From the NCBI GenBank assembly GCA_037379345.1, contig CM074512.1, positions 5,518,001-5,582,000 of the forward strand: 64,000 bases of DNA. The letters run 5' to 3'. The translations under genes and the position numbers were made by a program. Positions 1 to 11,646 of the stretch are shown here, piece after piece; the stretch's first letter is position 1, and each line of letters opens with the position of its first letter. The notes below the pieces were generated by a model. That model had not been told where the DNA came from, did not search any database, and saw only the letters and a list, made by a program, of their open reading frames with translations. The DNA is from Perna viridis (Eukaryota).

Positions 1-18
1 ATATGAGGATCAAAGATA

Positions 19-390
19 CCCTTCACCAGAGTCTAAACAAAGAAAACCAACCACTACTTTTTCAGATTTTCCCTTCACCAGAGTCTAAATTATAGGAAAT
101 TTTATAAAATTTATTAATAATTATATAAATTATTTTCATTTCATCATCATTTCATGTTCATTTTATCATCCACTTCATGTTCATCGCCTAAATATAGCTG
201 AAATATTGCTGCTCGGGCGTTAAACCCCAACAAACAAACAAACACTATAGTCTAAACTATAGGACGACCAACCACTATAAACTTTTTCAGACTTATCCTT
301 CATCAGAATCTAACCAGAGAAAACCAACCAATACAGACTAGTTCTGACTTACTCTTCACCAGATTCTAAACAAAGAAAACCAACCACTAC
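19..390 (+). repeat. Degenerate direct repeats (core cccttcaccagagtctaaacaaagaaaaccaaccactac)
   Basis: Core motif recurs at about 19, 71, 296 and 352 with substitutions. Confidence 0.7.
185..243 (+). mobile_element. 3' tail of a SINE-like retroposon ending in (CAAA)n
   Basis: cctaaatatagctgaaatattgctgctcgggcgttaaac followed by a caaa microsatellite. Resembles mollusc SINE 3' tails as I recall them; not verified by search. Confidence 0.5.
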
Positions 391-1076
391 ACACTTGTTC
401 AGACTGATTCTATTAACTATAAATGACTAAAATTCCCTAATCACTTTGATCGTTGAGATAAGGACCAAAGAAGTTTGAATTTTGACAGAACCACGAGCTT
501 TGCATGTAAGTAATTACAGAGTATATTTTTTAGCCTGAGAAATCTTTCAGTGAATCTCCTACAGATTGTGGAGTAAACAGAGAGACAGGATATCACAGAT
601 TTCTCAGTACTAAGTTAACAATATATTGTGTCATTTTCACATTAATGTATATTCTTGATAAAAAGCTATCTGACTTAACAGTTTTGTTTGATAATACAGA
701 TGTCAAATAAATTCTTACGTTTTAAGGGATCAACTCGATCTATAAGTGGATATTAATATAAGCCATTACAAGTATTCAGTGCAATTCATGAAATGATGCT
801 GAATTTTTAAATTCACCATAACAACTTTAGATTTTCTAATGAAGATCTAGGATAACAAAACGTTATATCATTTTGTATCATTTGTTACAAAAGGTTCGCT
901 GAACATTCTAGTACTCAGGCTAAGCTGTCAACTTCTTAACTATATGTCAATAGTTGTCTCCTCCTTTGTTTATCTTAATATATATTGGCTTAGGTGTGAC
1001 AAGTAAAAATGTAACATATTGCTTATGTTACGCAGATCTATAGAACGATCTCTTTTGGTAAATTAATCATGTAAGT

Positions 1077-1415
1077 ATCTTGGTACCCACAGGTCTGGTC
1101 GACTTCGGTCATTTAGTATACAACCAACGGTCGACTAGTCTCTTGGTACTCACCGGTGTAGTCGACTAGTCTCTTGGTACCAATCGGTCTGGTCGACTCG
1201 GTCCTTTAGTACATAACCAACGATCGACTAGTCTGTTGGTACTCACCGGTGTGATCGACTAGTCCCTTGGTATTCACCGATGTGGTCGACTTCGGTCATT
1301 TAGTACCAAACCAACGTTCGACTAGTCTCTTAGTACTCACCGGTGTGGTTGACTAGTTTCTCGGTATTCATCAGTTTGGTCGGCTGGTCGCTTAGTACTC
1401 ATCGGTGTCGACTAG
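1077..1415. repeat. Palindrome-rich minisatellite, ~31 bp subunits in a ~93 bp higher-order unit
   Basis: Recurrent gtcgactagtctcttggtactcaccggtgt and ggtcgacttcggtcatttagta blocks; the latter at about 1097, 1192 and 1284. Confidence 0.8.
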
Positions 1416-1452
1416 AGTAAAAACCATACGTAGTTAGACTCGTAACAAATAC

Positions 1453-1574
1453 CTGATGTCATTGGATTCATTGTACTGGTGTGTACCTCCCATTGTTTTA
1501 TTTGGATACACGTTAGTCTTGTCTCCTTCGGCCTTGTGCTGTTTGAATGAACCATTGACTATTTCTTCTTTCAT
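1453..1574 (-). CDS. Candidate coding exon of an unidentified minus-strand gene (MKEEIVNGSFKQHKAEGDKTNVYPNKTMGGTHQYNESNDI, then a donor site)
   Basis: On the minus strand a pyrimidine tract plus AG opens an exon at 1655 (alternative acceptor at 1615). ATG at 1574 is followed by 40 open codons, then CAG|GTATTT at 1453/1452. No recognised domain. Confidence 0.3.
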
Positions 1575-2099
1575 TAATGACCTTAAATTGACTACTAATG
1601 AATTAAATGAAACAACTGTAGAACCTGAACATGTCCTGAGACACTTCCCACGTCACTTAAACAAAATAAAAAAGTATGCATTCTGCAAAATGTTTCCATA
1701 TGTTCTCGCCACGAACTAACTATTTTCCCACCATTAACTCGCATGCATTAAATAATCTATATCAGTGACGTTTTATCACTTCCCCTCAATGTACCTCGCT
1801 GTAAGATGCATATAACAAGCATAGGTCGATTTGACATACGATGCAAAAGACGCATATTTCATGTAAAAAACGTTAGTTTGGCGTGGGAAAACTGCTACAG
1901 GAATGTTGTTTACTTATTGTTAACACGAGAAGTACCACATTGTTGTATGGGGCTCAAAATTGACGTTCATTTATTCCAAAATAATTTTTTCATTACTTTT
2001 TTTAAATCACAGAAGATATATGTTTTAAATGTAGAAATCTAGAAACGGAGAAATGAAATGCTTCCTTTATTTTAAGTAAGATAGTGGCCAATAAAGATA

Positions 2100-2560
2100 A
2101 ACAACATAACTATACAGAATGTGTCCACGAGACAACTACTCCACATGGATGAAAAATGTCCGCTCAAGGCCACCTATGGGTCTTCAACGAACTTTGAGGC
2201 AACCCTCACACTACAGGACAGGCTGCAGTTTGCCCCAAACCCAACTTTATACACAAGTACAGCGAAATAGTTTCCCCTATAAACTATAGCAACAAAAAAG
2301 TAAACGGAAAGTGAAAACGAAACAATACGCAAAGAGGTCAGAACTGCCTGACTAAAGACAAGCGCGAAAAATGCGACGGGGTGAAAAATACTTTGACGGT
2401 ATCACAGCCCTCCCCCTTTAAATCTAACCACTGCGGGTAAAAAATATACAACTTAACACACCGAAAAATCAGTTCAAAAAGTTCTCTGTTAGAAAAAAAA
2501 AACAGAAATAAAGACGTCAACTTACACAGAACACAGAACTACTAGCAGTTAACTTACATA
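2100..2560 (+). mobile_element. Dispersed repeat, copy 1 (paralogue at ~39100-39540)
   Basis: Collinear shared blocks: gagaca..., ggatgaaa-atgtc, tcttcaacgaac, caggacagg-tgcag, gtacagcg-aa, aaagtaaacg, aaagagg-cagaa, gacaagcgc-aaaa, atcaca-ccctc. Confidence 0.75.
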
Positions 2561-5119
2561 CAAACTACAGACCTGTTTAAATCTACAAATCATATGAAAT
2601 ATCAAACCTAACTCTTCCTATGCGGGGTTGAGAACCACGGTGCATCATAAGTCACACAATAAGGGTATGTAAATACAGTTGGTCTATGTGTAAAGACCCT
2701 ATGAGCGAGTAAATGTTAATACCAAAAAATACTATATCCCTTTTAACGGTTTAGTCAACTCATTAGGTGAGTATTGAGCCTTTGTGAAAAATATTACCAT
2801 ACAATACAGGGCGGGATATACGTATTCACGTATTCATCCTTCACAAGTACATCTGTGTTTAAGAATGAGTTCCTTGTATCGGTTGAAATATTTTGCGGAT
2901 GTTTTCACGAGCTTGTGATATCAAAAAATTTGATGTGGTAATTTCTCGGTTATAAATGGATTTCTTTCGTTAAAATCCGAAACAAGTACAAGCAAATCGA
3001 ACCAAAAGCCATATGGTGTTTACTAGTGGGGGGATCCCATCTAAAAACGGAGTTAACAATAGGGAATGAAAAATTATCCCTCTTATCGTAAATGTTCGTA
3101 CTAAGTTTTTACCATTATTCTTTAATATAAACACTGAAGTCGTTGTTGCTAAGAGCCAACATATCGTCCAAATATCTGAAGGTGCTATTAATTTTTTCTA
3201 CCAAATGTTGCTAGGAAAGGTCTTTATCTATTCTAGCGATAAATTGTGATTCGTAGCAGTACAGAAAGAGGTCCGCAATAAATGGAACACAATTCTTCCC
3301 CATGGGAGTACCAATAACTTATATGGTAAACAGTATCGCCAAAGCGAACGAAAATGTTGTCTAACAGGAATTTGATTGCTTTTTGATTGCCATAAGCATA
3401 TCAGTAGAATTCCAATTAATGTACTTTTTTATGTTTTTCGTTACTAAAAAATGATCTATAAGAATTCGAACAAATATAATATTCACATCCCGATTTATCA
3501 AGGGCCATTTGATAAGATATACGAATTATTGTTTTAGGATTATACAGATTCGAAAGATCCCACAAGGGAATGAAATTTATCAAGCACTTTAAGCGAGTTT
3601 TTTAACACTTTAAAAATAGTTAATTTCACTATTTTCATAAGCTTTGTTACAAAAAGTTATAATTAGATATCTTATGGTACCGCGCGCACTAGTAAATAAA
3701 ATAGAAAGTCTGGTTGTTAAGCAATGACTTGAAGAGGAAATAAATCTATATATATATATTGTGAAGTTTCATTAGAGGAACTTTCATGCTTCTTGGCTCA
3801 GCTTGTAAAGATGTAGCGAAGAGTCATGTTATGTAACTCCAGGTATGTATTTTTTTTTTTAATGTTTATTTTGCTGTGCTATCTGAATTGAATAGATTCG
3901 CATTTTTATTCTGTTGGTTTAGACTTGAGCCTGTCAACGTCAGTGAGCCGATAAATTATGCTTTAACAATTTCACGTAATTTGCCTAAACCATTTCGTGA
4001 AAACAACAAAAGGTCGAGGTAGTCATCAGTAAACCAACTGACCACAAACCCAATTTTGGTATCATACGGTAAAATTTCTTACCTTAGTCAAATGTTTCAA
4101 GGGAGTATAGAAGATACATCACTTAGTTGAGAACATCCTCAGGCATGAGAGAATCGGTGAAGGAAATAGAAGATGAGCCTCATTTCCTTAGCAAATGCCT
4201 TGAAAATGACAGAAATAAATCTTTTGGTGAAATTATGAGTAAGGTTCCAAACTTTTGCAACTTGTGTAATGATTCTAAATTATTTTGGATTCTAAATTGC
4301 GATGATTTTTTTAAACTTTTTTTTTAGCTATTGTACATGTATTATTTCATTCAAGTACATATCAAACATGTATTGTAACTTCCTGTTAATCACAGTTCTT
4401 CTTGCATATGGTTATGTTCATTTCCCCTTAGTGGGCTTAGAAAACGATATTGATCAACTGAAACGGGAATTCTTTAAAAGTCTGGGTAGCCATACGGCAG
4501 CAACAGTAAACATCCCGAGGTTTATGTGATTTCAAAAGATAGTTATGTCATTAATGAAGTTAATTTATAATTAACAGATTTGTTCTTGTTTATGCGCATA
4601 CAAAAACAAAAGATAACAGGAAAGCAAGAAGCGTGAGAAAATTCACTCCCACGCTGCTGAGAATTTTTACTACGTTACTATACATCATGTATATGTCGTC
4701 TGCTCACTATGCAGCAGGCGGGAAACTTGCGATACGGCTGACATTTGTCAGAACAATGCTCCAGCATGCTGGTTGAACTAATCAAAGTATTTTTAACAAA
4801 TACAAGGATCTTATTATTCATGTTCATTGGTTTTTTAAATTATTAAAATTGTTTGTCTATTAACAAATTTCGAGGAGCTGCGCCTTAACTGTCTGGTAAG
4901 GTTGGACGGAATGTCGAAGGCAGGTCACAGGGACTTGCTCCCACTGTCAAAGAAGATGGGTGGTAATTCCATGAAGGGACTTGATATATCAATCCCTGTT
5001 CCATGTGTAGAATAGGTACTTCTTGTCTGTACCTTGAGTTGCCCACTTACAATGTATAGTAATGTGTTTATATGGCTTGGTTTTGAGAGGTAAAGTGTAC
5101 TTTATCGTATTTCATACTT

Positions 5120-5452
5120 AGGGCACGACCATTTCATTCTGCGGGGTGGCAGTGTTTGGAAATATAAATTCTGACCTTCACCTTCTAGAAAATAAATAAA
5201 CTAACTGACCTCAGTCCAGATATTTCATACAGTGAATTAAATAAACAATATTGCCCCAATATGGTTGAAATAAATTTCCTGAACCGCAAAAATTTCATTT
5301 TGCAAATGTACGTTTTAGGATGTTCTGAGGTACATGTAAAGTACCTTTATGTGATCAGTGTTTCACCCTCAGAAATATACTCTATAGGTTGGTTAAAAAT
5401 TCATCAAAAGTATATATTCTGACCCCTTATAATTTGCCAGCCCCCCCCCCTT
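5120..5452 (+). mobile_element. MITE-like element (AGGGCACGACCATTT...GGGG end family), related to 22803-23030
   Basis: Shares ctgacctcagtccagata-ttcatac, attctgacc and aatttgc-agcc blocks with the 22.8 kb copy; left end resembles those at 45039 and 57530. Confidence 0.6.
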
Positions 5453-5850
5453 TCACAAATCCGGCTGCTCTAAAAAAAAATAAAAAACGAGAGCTAGTCA
5501 ACACATCTAAGTGCAGGATACGTTTGTGTTTCTCCCCCAATGTTTTAGTAGCAACAGAGAAAAGACAGTGAGGTTGCCCATTCATTTAGCTTCATTCTAA
5601 ACGAGTATGTGTCTTGGGAGCATGTTACCCCGAGTGTATGCCTTTCCTTAATTTTGCGACTCAAGCTGATACGCAGTCCCTGCTGTATTATTAAAAGGCG
5701 CATAGCAATCTCTTCTGCAATAGTTGAACAGCGTTTTCAAATATTTTGAAATTAAATATCTTTTGCAAAATCTTTCCGTTTTTTTTTTTTTGTTTTTTTG
5801 TTTTTTTTGTTTTTTTTTTAATACATAACCTCATAGTACACTTGGTAGCT

Positions 5851-5935
5851 GTACCAACCTTGGAACAAGGGGTCTGGTTTGGTTTGCAGCTACACCAACC
5901 TTGGAACTAGGGGTCTGGTTTGGAGCTACACCACC
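5851..5935 (+). repeat. Short tandem duplication (ccaaccttggaac-aggggtctggtttgg x2)
   Basis: Directly visible. Confidence 0.75.
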
Positions 5936-6989
5936 TTTGGTGACGTGTCTGATCGACAGCGAATGTCTAGAATGACTTGGCAGAAAACATGTACTTGTCA
6001 TTTTAGGATCCTGCTGCGATATTAATCAAGGATGATCCTGGAATATCTTGGTTTAATCAGCATGGATGTAATCAAATTATTATAACAACGTTTCTTCTGA
6101 TACTACACACATTGTTTCAAATGCTATTAAATAAATAGCAAAATTATTACAAGCCCACCGAATTGGGTCGTCCGTGCGAGACCCGACATGGTAGTCAAGA
6201 GTTGTTTCAAATGCGGACATGTAACACGCTTCCATAGCCACTAAATTGTATATCAATTCTGTAACATAAAAAAAAATGCTTATAAAATAATTATAATATG
6301 TAGATGAATTTAGATTTTGTATGTAGAGCATACGGGTATATATCACGGGGTATACATCTTACAAATATCTTGGCAGTCACGAGTAAATTGAAATAAAATT
6401 TTCACAATCAAGATGCTAGATTTGACAGTATAAAGATAAAAGTATCGATTTAAAGAAAAAACTCACAGTAAAAAAAAGTATCAAATTGAAGACATCACAG
6501 TTTCAGTAAAGGACAGTTGCGGATGGACCAACCAGCTCCAATTAGGCGAATTTTGAAGGACCCTGTAACAATTTGTCTAAATTTGAATTATGATGCAGAC
6601 GTTCACACTGAATATTTTACGGGAGAATAAACTGTAACTCACGTATTGTTTCCAACGAGGACAATGACACAGTGAATTGTGAATGTTCTCTGGTAACATA
6701 AATAACAATTTCTTTAGTTTGTAACTTCAGTTTTTGGAACTGAACTTTGAGTATTTACTTTTTCTGAAGGTTCGGTTTGTAACTTCAGTTTGCGGTCTGT
6801 GCTTATGCTTAGTACTTAATTGGTCTGAAAGTTCGGTTTGCTAAATAGATATATGGGATAAAATTTGCCCTACCACTAGTATGAGTATCAGTCGTTGCCA
6901 GAGTTCATTATCGAACATCCAAACAGTGTTCTTAGGTCTATTTTTTTTTTTAAATTGTTGTTTTCTGAAAAGTCTGTTAGTAGGACAAA

Positions 6990-7300
6990 CGGGTTGTACG
7001 TCTAAATAAAAGGCAATCGGGTTGTTAGTCTGATTGTAGGTCGATTGGGTCGTAAGTCTGAATGTAGGTCGATTAGGTCGTAAGTCTGAATGTATGGCGT
7101 GCAGATTGTAAGTCGAATGTTGGGCGTTCGGTTTGCAAGTCTGAATCATAATATAGACTGTGCAGGTTGTAATCTATCAGAATGCAGGGTGTGTGGGTTG
7201 TAATCCGTCTGAATGAAGGGGCCAGTTGTAAGTCGAAATGAGTGGCATGCGGGTAGTTAGTCTGAATATAGGGCGTGTGGGTTATAATTTTTTTTTCTGT
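6990..7300 (+). repeat. Degenerate minisatellite (gtaagtctgaatgtaggtcgattgggtc-like)
   Basis: agtctgaat / gtaagtc motifs recur about every 28-30 bp. Confidence 0.6.
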
Positions 7301-7329
7301 GAAAGCTCCAGTGGATTGTAAAATCTCGG

Positions 7330-7525
7330 AAGGGTAGATTTCAATACTATATCTTGTTTGGAATGGACAGACTTTCAATCTTTATCTTGTTCGGGTAGAC
7401 ATGTTCAGATGGTTATACTTCCACTTTTATCTAGTTCAGCAAGGTAGACTTTCTATCTTTATCTCGTTCAAAAGGGTAGACTTTCTACCTTTATGTCGTT
7501 CAGCAGGGTAGACTTCCTACCTTTA
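7330..7525 (+). repeat. ~33 bp minisatellite (agggtagactttctacctttatctcgttca)
   Basis: About 5-6 degenerate units. Confidence 0.7.
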
Positions 7526-9474
7526 ATACCGTGTAAGACTAGTCAGAAGAATAATGTATTGCTCATCTTATTTACCCAAAATATTCTTGGATCCTTTGGA
7601 TGTCATCTTTGTGGGAGTAATAAAACTGTATATTTCTACAGGAGATGGAATCATATTTTTTAATACAAAGACGTCAAATACTTCTATATATTTAATTTAG
7701 TTAATTAGTCTTTCTTAGAACACAATGCAAATCTGTAAAAAAAATATGAACGTACTATTATCTGATATAGATTTGTTTTTCTCACAGACAAAAATCAATT
7801 TACAATACAAACAAGATTACCTGCGGTCTCTTTTGAAATATCAACAGGTATATTAGACAGGATTAACTCTTAATTCACTCAGTCTTCATGAAATTCATGT
7901 TTTCACAGCAAAGCGTGAAAACTGTCATTTATACAAATTCTAAAATGAAATTGTGAGACAAGCAGACTCGGTAAAATGAAAATGGTCAACATGTACGCGA
8001 TTAATTCTACATAGGGGAAGACACGCAAGAAATTTCAACCAAGAACACGTATACATTTCTGGTATAATTATTTGATTATTTCCCTTGGCCTGTAAAATTG
8101 TCAATTCTGTCACCACTAATCAAGTTGTTAATTAACAGGTATACGTGCAGTGTATTACATATATGGCATGTGAGAGGATCTTGTCGCCGTTGGAATTCTT
8201 TTAAAAAAAGAAAATGTTTTATCATAAACTTGACATATATTGTGACGCAACTGAATTACACGTTGGGGTTCAGGTAATCTTTAGAGATAAGATGGACTAC
8301 CTGCCGTGCTACGAATTCAGGTGTCAAAGTTCTCTCAATTTCAACGAAGAAATGATAATTCAAATCTGCTATGACATATATGCCAGATTATTGTAATAAT
8401 TCCTCCGACTAATTTACAGTTTAAGAAGCAAGTGCGATGAAAATGAAGTCTCCATACATGATTTGTATCATTTCCAGAAATGGTTTGAGTAATAACATAT
8501 AGCTACCTTAGGGCGTTTGTACGTGAATAAATTACCATAAATTAACAAAGAAAAATGAGCATTGGTAATTAAATGGTCGACCGGATGAGACTTAATTTAT
8601 CACTTATACTCAGACGAGAAAATTGCCCTTGAGTAAAACGTAGTTACTCCTAGAATCAAAGGATTAACGCCAGATAATTAGTAAAGAAAGAAAAGATAAC
8701 GTAACAATTTTCATTGGAAAATAAAAGAATACTTCAGTTTTATTAAATCATCCTACGATCAAATGTGCGGCCCCAATGGCACTCAAGAAGTTTCCACAGC
8801 AAATCCTCATTTCCTTGCTCAAAATGCAAGGTATACTGTATTAGGATTAAAATTAGAAGACGTATTTTTGAAGACTAATCAACGCCTCGCCAAGTAACAT
8901 ATCATTTGAAATGTGTCATTGTTGATAATTTTTAATTTTGTAAACAAATACAGCCATACCATCAGACGAGACTTTGATCGTCGTCTGGTCACTGTCTGAC
9001 CCGCTCACCCGATAGTAGACTACATAGTGTAATAGAGCGACTTGAAATATACTACGAATTTATTCTTAAAAGAATATGGCGGACAGCCAAAAGCACATGG
9101 TTTTTCGCGCCAATTTTGTAGAATTTGCGGGGAAAACTGTCATGTGATGTGTATTGATTACTAGCGTTTAACCTTCCAGAATGCAGACTTAGTTTATATT
9201 AGAAAGATCCTCCCCATCATTGAAAAGTGACATCACGGTTTCTCAAGGTCAAAGTAGAACTGCCATACGTTACTAAAACCCCAGTTTTAATCGAAAGTAG
9301 TCAATATCTTTAGAGAAAAATGTCACCAGTGTAACCATTCAATTAAAAATAATAATAAACAATTACAAGAAAAATGAATATGCTCTTTGTTTCCATTAAA
9401 ATTTAATAAATTAATTGAGTAAAAACACACTTGTTTACAACAATTTCACGAAAAGATAAAATTACTCCGCTGTT

Positions 9475-9590
9475 AACCAATCAGAATTCGTGACCGATTT
9501 CTTTATTTTTACTGACAGGTTTACGCTCCGCCCATTTTACCTCAAATAATTACTTATAATCCCCGCCCACCATCGAATATATATTCAATC
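9475..9590 (+). promoter_or_regulatory. Putative Tis11 core/proximal promoter: CCAAT box, two GC boxes, TATA-like element
   Basis: CCAATCAG 9477-9484, GCTCCGCCCA 9525-9534, TATAAT 9555-9560, CCCCGCCC 9561-9568, all 120-215 bp upstream of the exon 1 ATG in AT-rich DNA. Confidence 0.55.
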
Positions 9591-9689
9591 GAAGCACATG
9601 GTTAGCAGTTGTTTTGAAGAAATTGTATGAATCGGATGTACGTCTTTTGAAAATATTCAGTATTAATTTGTTGTTAGTGTATGGACATA

Positions 9690-9743
9690 ATGTCTACTGC
9701 TCAAATATCTGCATTTTATGATGTTGGAGATGTTTTGCAACAG
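9690..9743 (+). CDS. Tis11: Tis11/ZFP36L-like mRNA decay activator, coding exon 1 (MSTAQISAFYDVGDVLQQ)
   Basis: 18 codons ending at CAG|GTAATT. The peptide resembles the vertebrate ZFP36L2 N-terminus (MSTTLLSAFYDV...). It joins exon 2 in frame (phase 0). An in-frame ATG at 9681 could add MDI. Confidence 0.9.
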
Positions 9744-10054
9744 GTAATTATTGCTTTTGTATATTTTCTTGCATAGATATTTGTAGAATATGATGGATAT
9801 TAATTTTTGATATTCGTTATGGAGTAATTTTCTTATAATGTCAACGTGCTGATGAATTGTTAATATCTTTATTTTAAATCTTTGTGTTCAGAATTTTGCA
9901 TTATCTGTTTTTATATGCATTTGCAATATTCGTTTGGAATAAGCGGGATTTACAATTGTAGTTTTACTACCACTGATAAATGCGGTACTTAAATGTGAAT
10001 GGAATCTAGGACCATTGACTCTTGCGTAAATAATTTCATTTTCTTCTCCTTCAG
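9744..10054 (+). other. Tis11: Single 311-nt GT-AG intron of Tis11
   Basis: Donor GTAATT at 9744; pyrimidine tract ttcattttcttctccttcag ending at 10054. Confidence 0.88.
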
Positions 10055-11104
10055 AATCGAAGAAATCAGTTGAAACAGTATACCGCTGAGAGAAGGGCCA
10101 CTATTGGCGCTATGATGACTGGTAGGAATAGAAATGTTTCGTCGACCAGCTCTTTTATCACGATAACTCAGCAAAGTGCCCTTACTATGTCAGCACAAGA
10201 ACTAAATCAAACACAGGACAATTTGCACCGCAAGTTGGACCGTAGTATCAGTGATCCCATTGGGGAACGACCAGTCAGTAATGTTAATTTGCAGCAGAGA
10301 AATGTGAATTCCAGCCGTTACAAGACTGAATTGTGTCGTCCGTTTGAGGAAAGCGGTCATTGTAAATATGGTGACAAGTGTCAGTTTGCACACGGTGCTC
10401 ACGAGTTACGTACATTGAACAGACACCCTAAATACAAAACCGAATTGTGTCGTACATTCCACACTATTGGATTTTGCCCGTATGGCCCAAGATGTCATTT
10501 TGTGCACAACGAAGATGAGACAAAGATGTCCGACATGGCCAAAAGTCCGGAAAATCATCAGACTTCGCCTCCACCGACGTCTGTCAGGCGACCTTCTACT
10601 ATTTCTTTCTGTGGATCTGACATTATACCCCCACCGTCCAGTGACAGCCCGAGTCTGAGCCCGGCTTCCAGTGACGATTTCAGTCGTCTTTCTTGTTCTA
10701 GCAGCTTGTCAGGGAATTCCTCCACTTCCAGCAGTCCTGTGTTCAATTATTCCGCCGATCTTCAGACAATCGCATCTTTGTTACGGCCGTTGAATGTTCA
10801 AACTCAAATGAATAACGTGAACAATTTGAACAACATCTCTGTGGACGCTTTAAGTCAACAGCTTCACACGATTTTGTCTTTACAACGTAATACGAACAAC
10901 AACAACCACAACGTGTTCGGAGAGTGGGAATCGATTCCAGCTCCCCCCTCCCCTCCCGATAGCATCTCAGGAGACAGTATTGGAAGTGCTAGTAGTGTTA
11001 GCAGTAGTGGCAGCTTCTCTTCTCAGAACACTTACGGGTCTCCATTGGACATTAGCAAGCAGTTGCGCCTTCCAATATTTAATACGTTATCCCAGGACGA
11101 TTAA
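10055..11104 (+). CDS. Tis11: Tis11/ZFP36L1/L2-like CCCH tandem zinc-finger ARE-binding protein (tristetraprolin family), coding exon 2
   Basis: RYKTELC-x8-C-x5-C-x3-H ... KYKTELC-x8-C-x5-C-x3-H tandem finger at 10316-10507; Ser/Pro-rich middle; C-terminal [12 protein letters not shown] matches the family CNOT1-binding motif. The ORF-track start at 10070 is a TTG, 5 codons into this exon. Confidence 0.97.
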   Translation, partial: NRRNQLKQYTAERRATIGAMMTGRNRNVSSTSSFITITQQSALTMSAQELNQTQDNLHRKLDRSISDPIGERPVSNVNLQQRNVNSSRYKTELCRPFEESGHCKYGDKCQFAHGAHELRTLNRHPKYKTELCRTFHTIGFCPYGPRCHFVHNEDETKMSDMAKSPENHQTSPPPTSVRRPSTISFCGSDIIPPPSSDSPSLSPASSDDFSRLSCSSSLSGNSSTSSSPVFNYSADLQTIASLLRPLNVQTQMNNVNNLNNISVDALSQQLHTILSLQRNTNNNNHNVFGEWESIPAPPSPPDSISGDSIGSASSVSSSGSFSSQNTYGSPLDISKQLRLPIFNTLSQDD

Positions 11105-11120
11105 AGTGTACTGCTTCTTT

Positions 11121-11146
11121 ATTATTTATATTTATTTTATTTATTT
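11121..11146 (+). promoter_or_regulatory. AU-rich element cluster in the Tis11 3' UTR
   Basis: Three ATTTA pentamers (11124, 11130, 11139), including TTATTTATA 11122-11130 and a perfect TTATTTATT 11137-11145. Confidence 0.7.
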
Positions 11147-11646
11147 GATGCGGATGCTGTTGGATTTAACAGTTTTGATATGTGCCACTTGTAAAGTGGA
11201 TATTTTTTCTATGTTCGAGGGACCTAAAACATTACCTTTATTTCTTCCACTGAAAGTGGTTGTTTTTCTTATGTCTTAGTCCTATGTATTGCGATAGGAC
11301 GTTCATGTTATTCCAGTTCATATAAGTATTACGTTTTTTTTATAACCCAATTAAAGGGTTTTTACACAGTTGTGCTATTTTGCAAGAAGTCCACATTTCG
11401 CCTTACTGTTCGTTTGGCTATATAAGAAACTAGAGTTGTTCATTATTGTTACCTATCGTAATGTCCATTTTTTTTTATTAACATTTGATAATTTCGTTCA
11501 AGTTCACATTCAAATTGAATGCTATTTTTTATATATTGAAATATGAAATCACCAAAGATGTTATTAATTTCACGTTCCATGGAATCCATCTTGTTTATAT
11601 TTCATATCATTTTGTATTTATATGGCTAGGAAGCCGATGTTTGAAC

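Noticed and set aside
10070-10072. ORF-track start codon of the 344 aa protein
   Set aside because: It is TTG; a canonical acceptor 15 nt upstream and exon 1 supply the real ATG.
10202-11279. Short ORFs overlapping Tis11 in other frames or strands
   Set aside because: Shadows of the more GC-rich coding exon, with no recognisable motifs.
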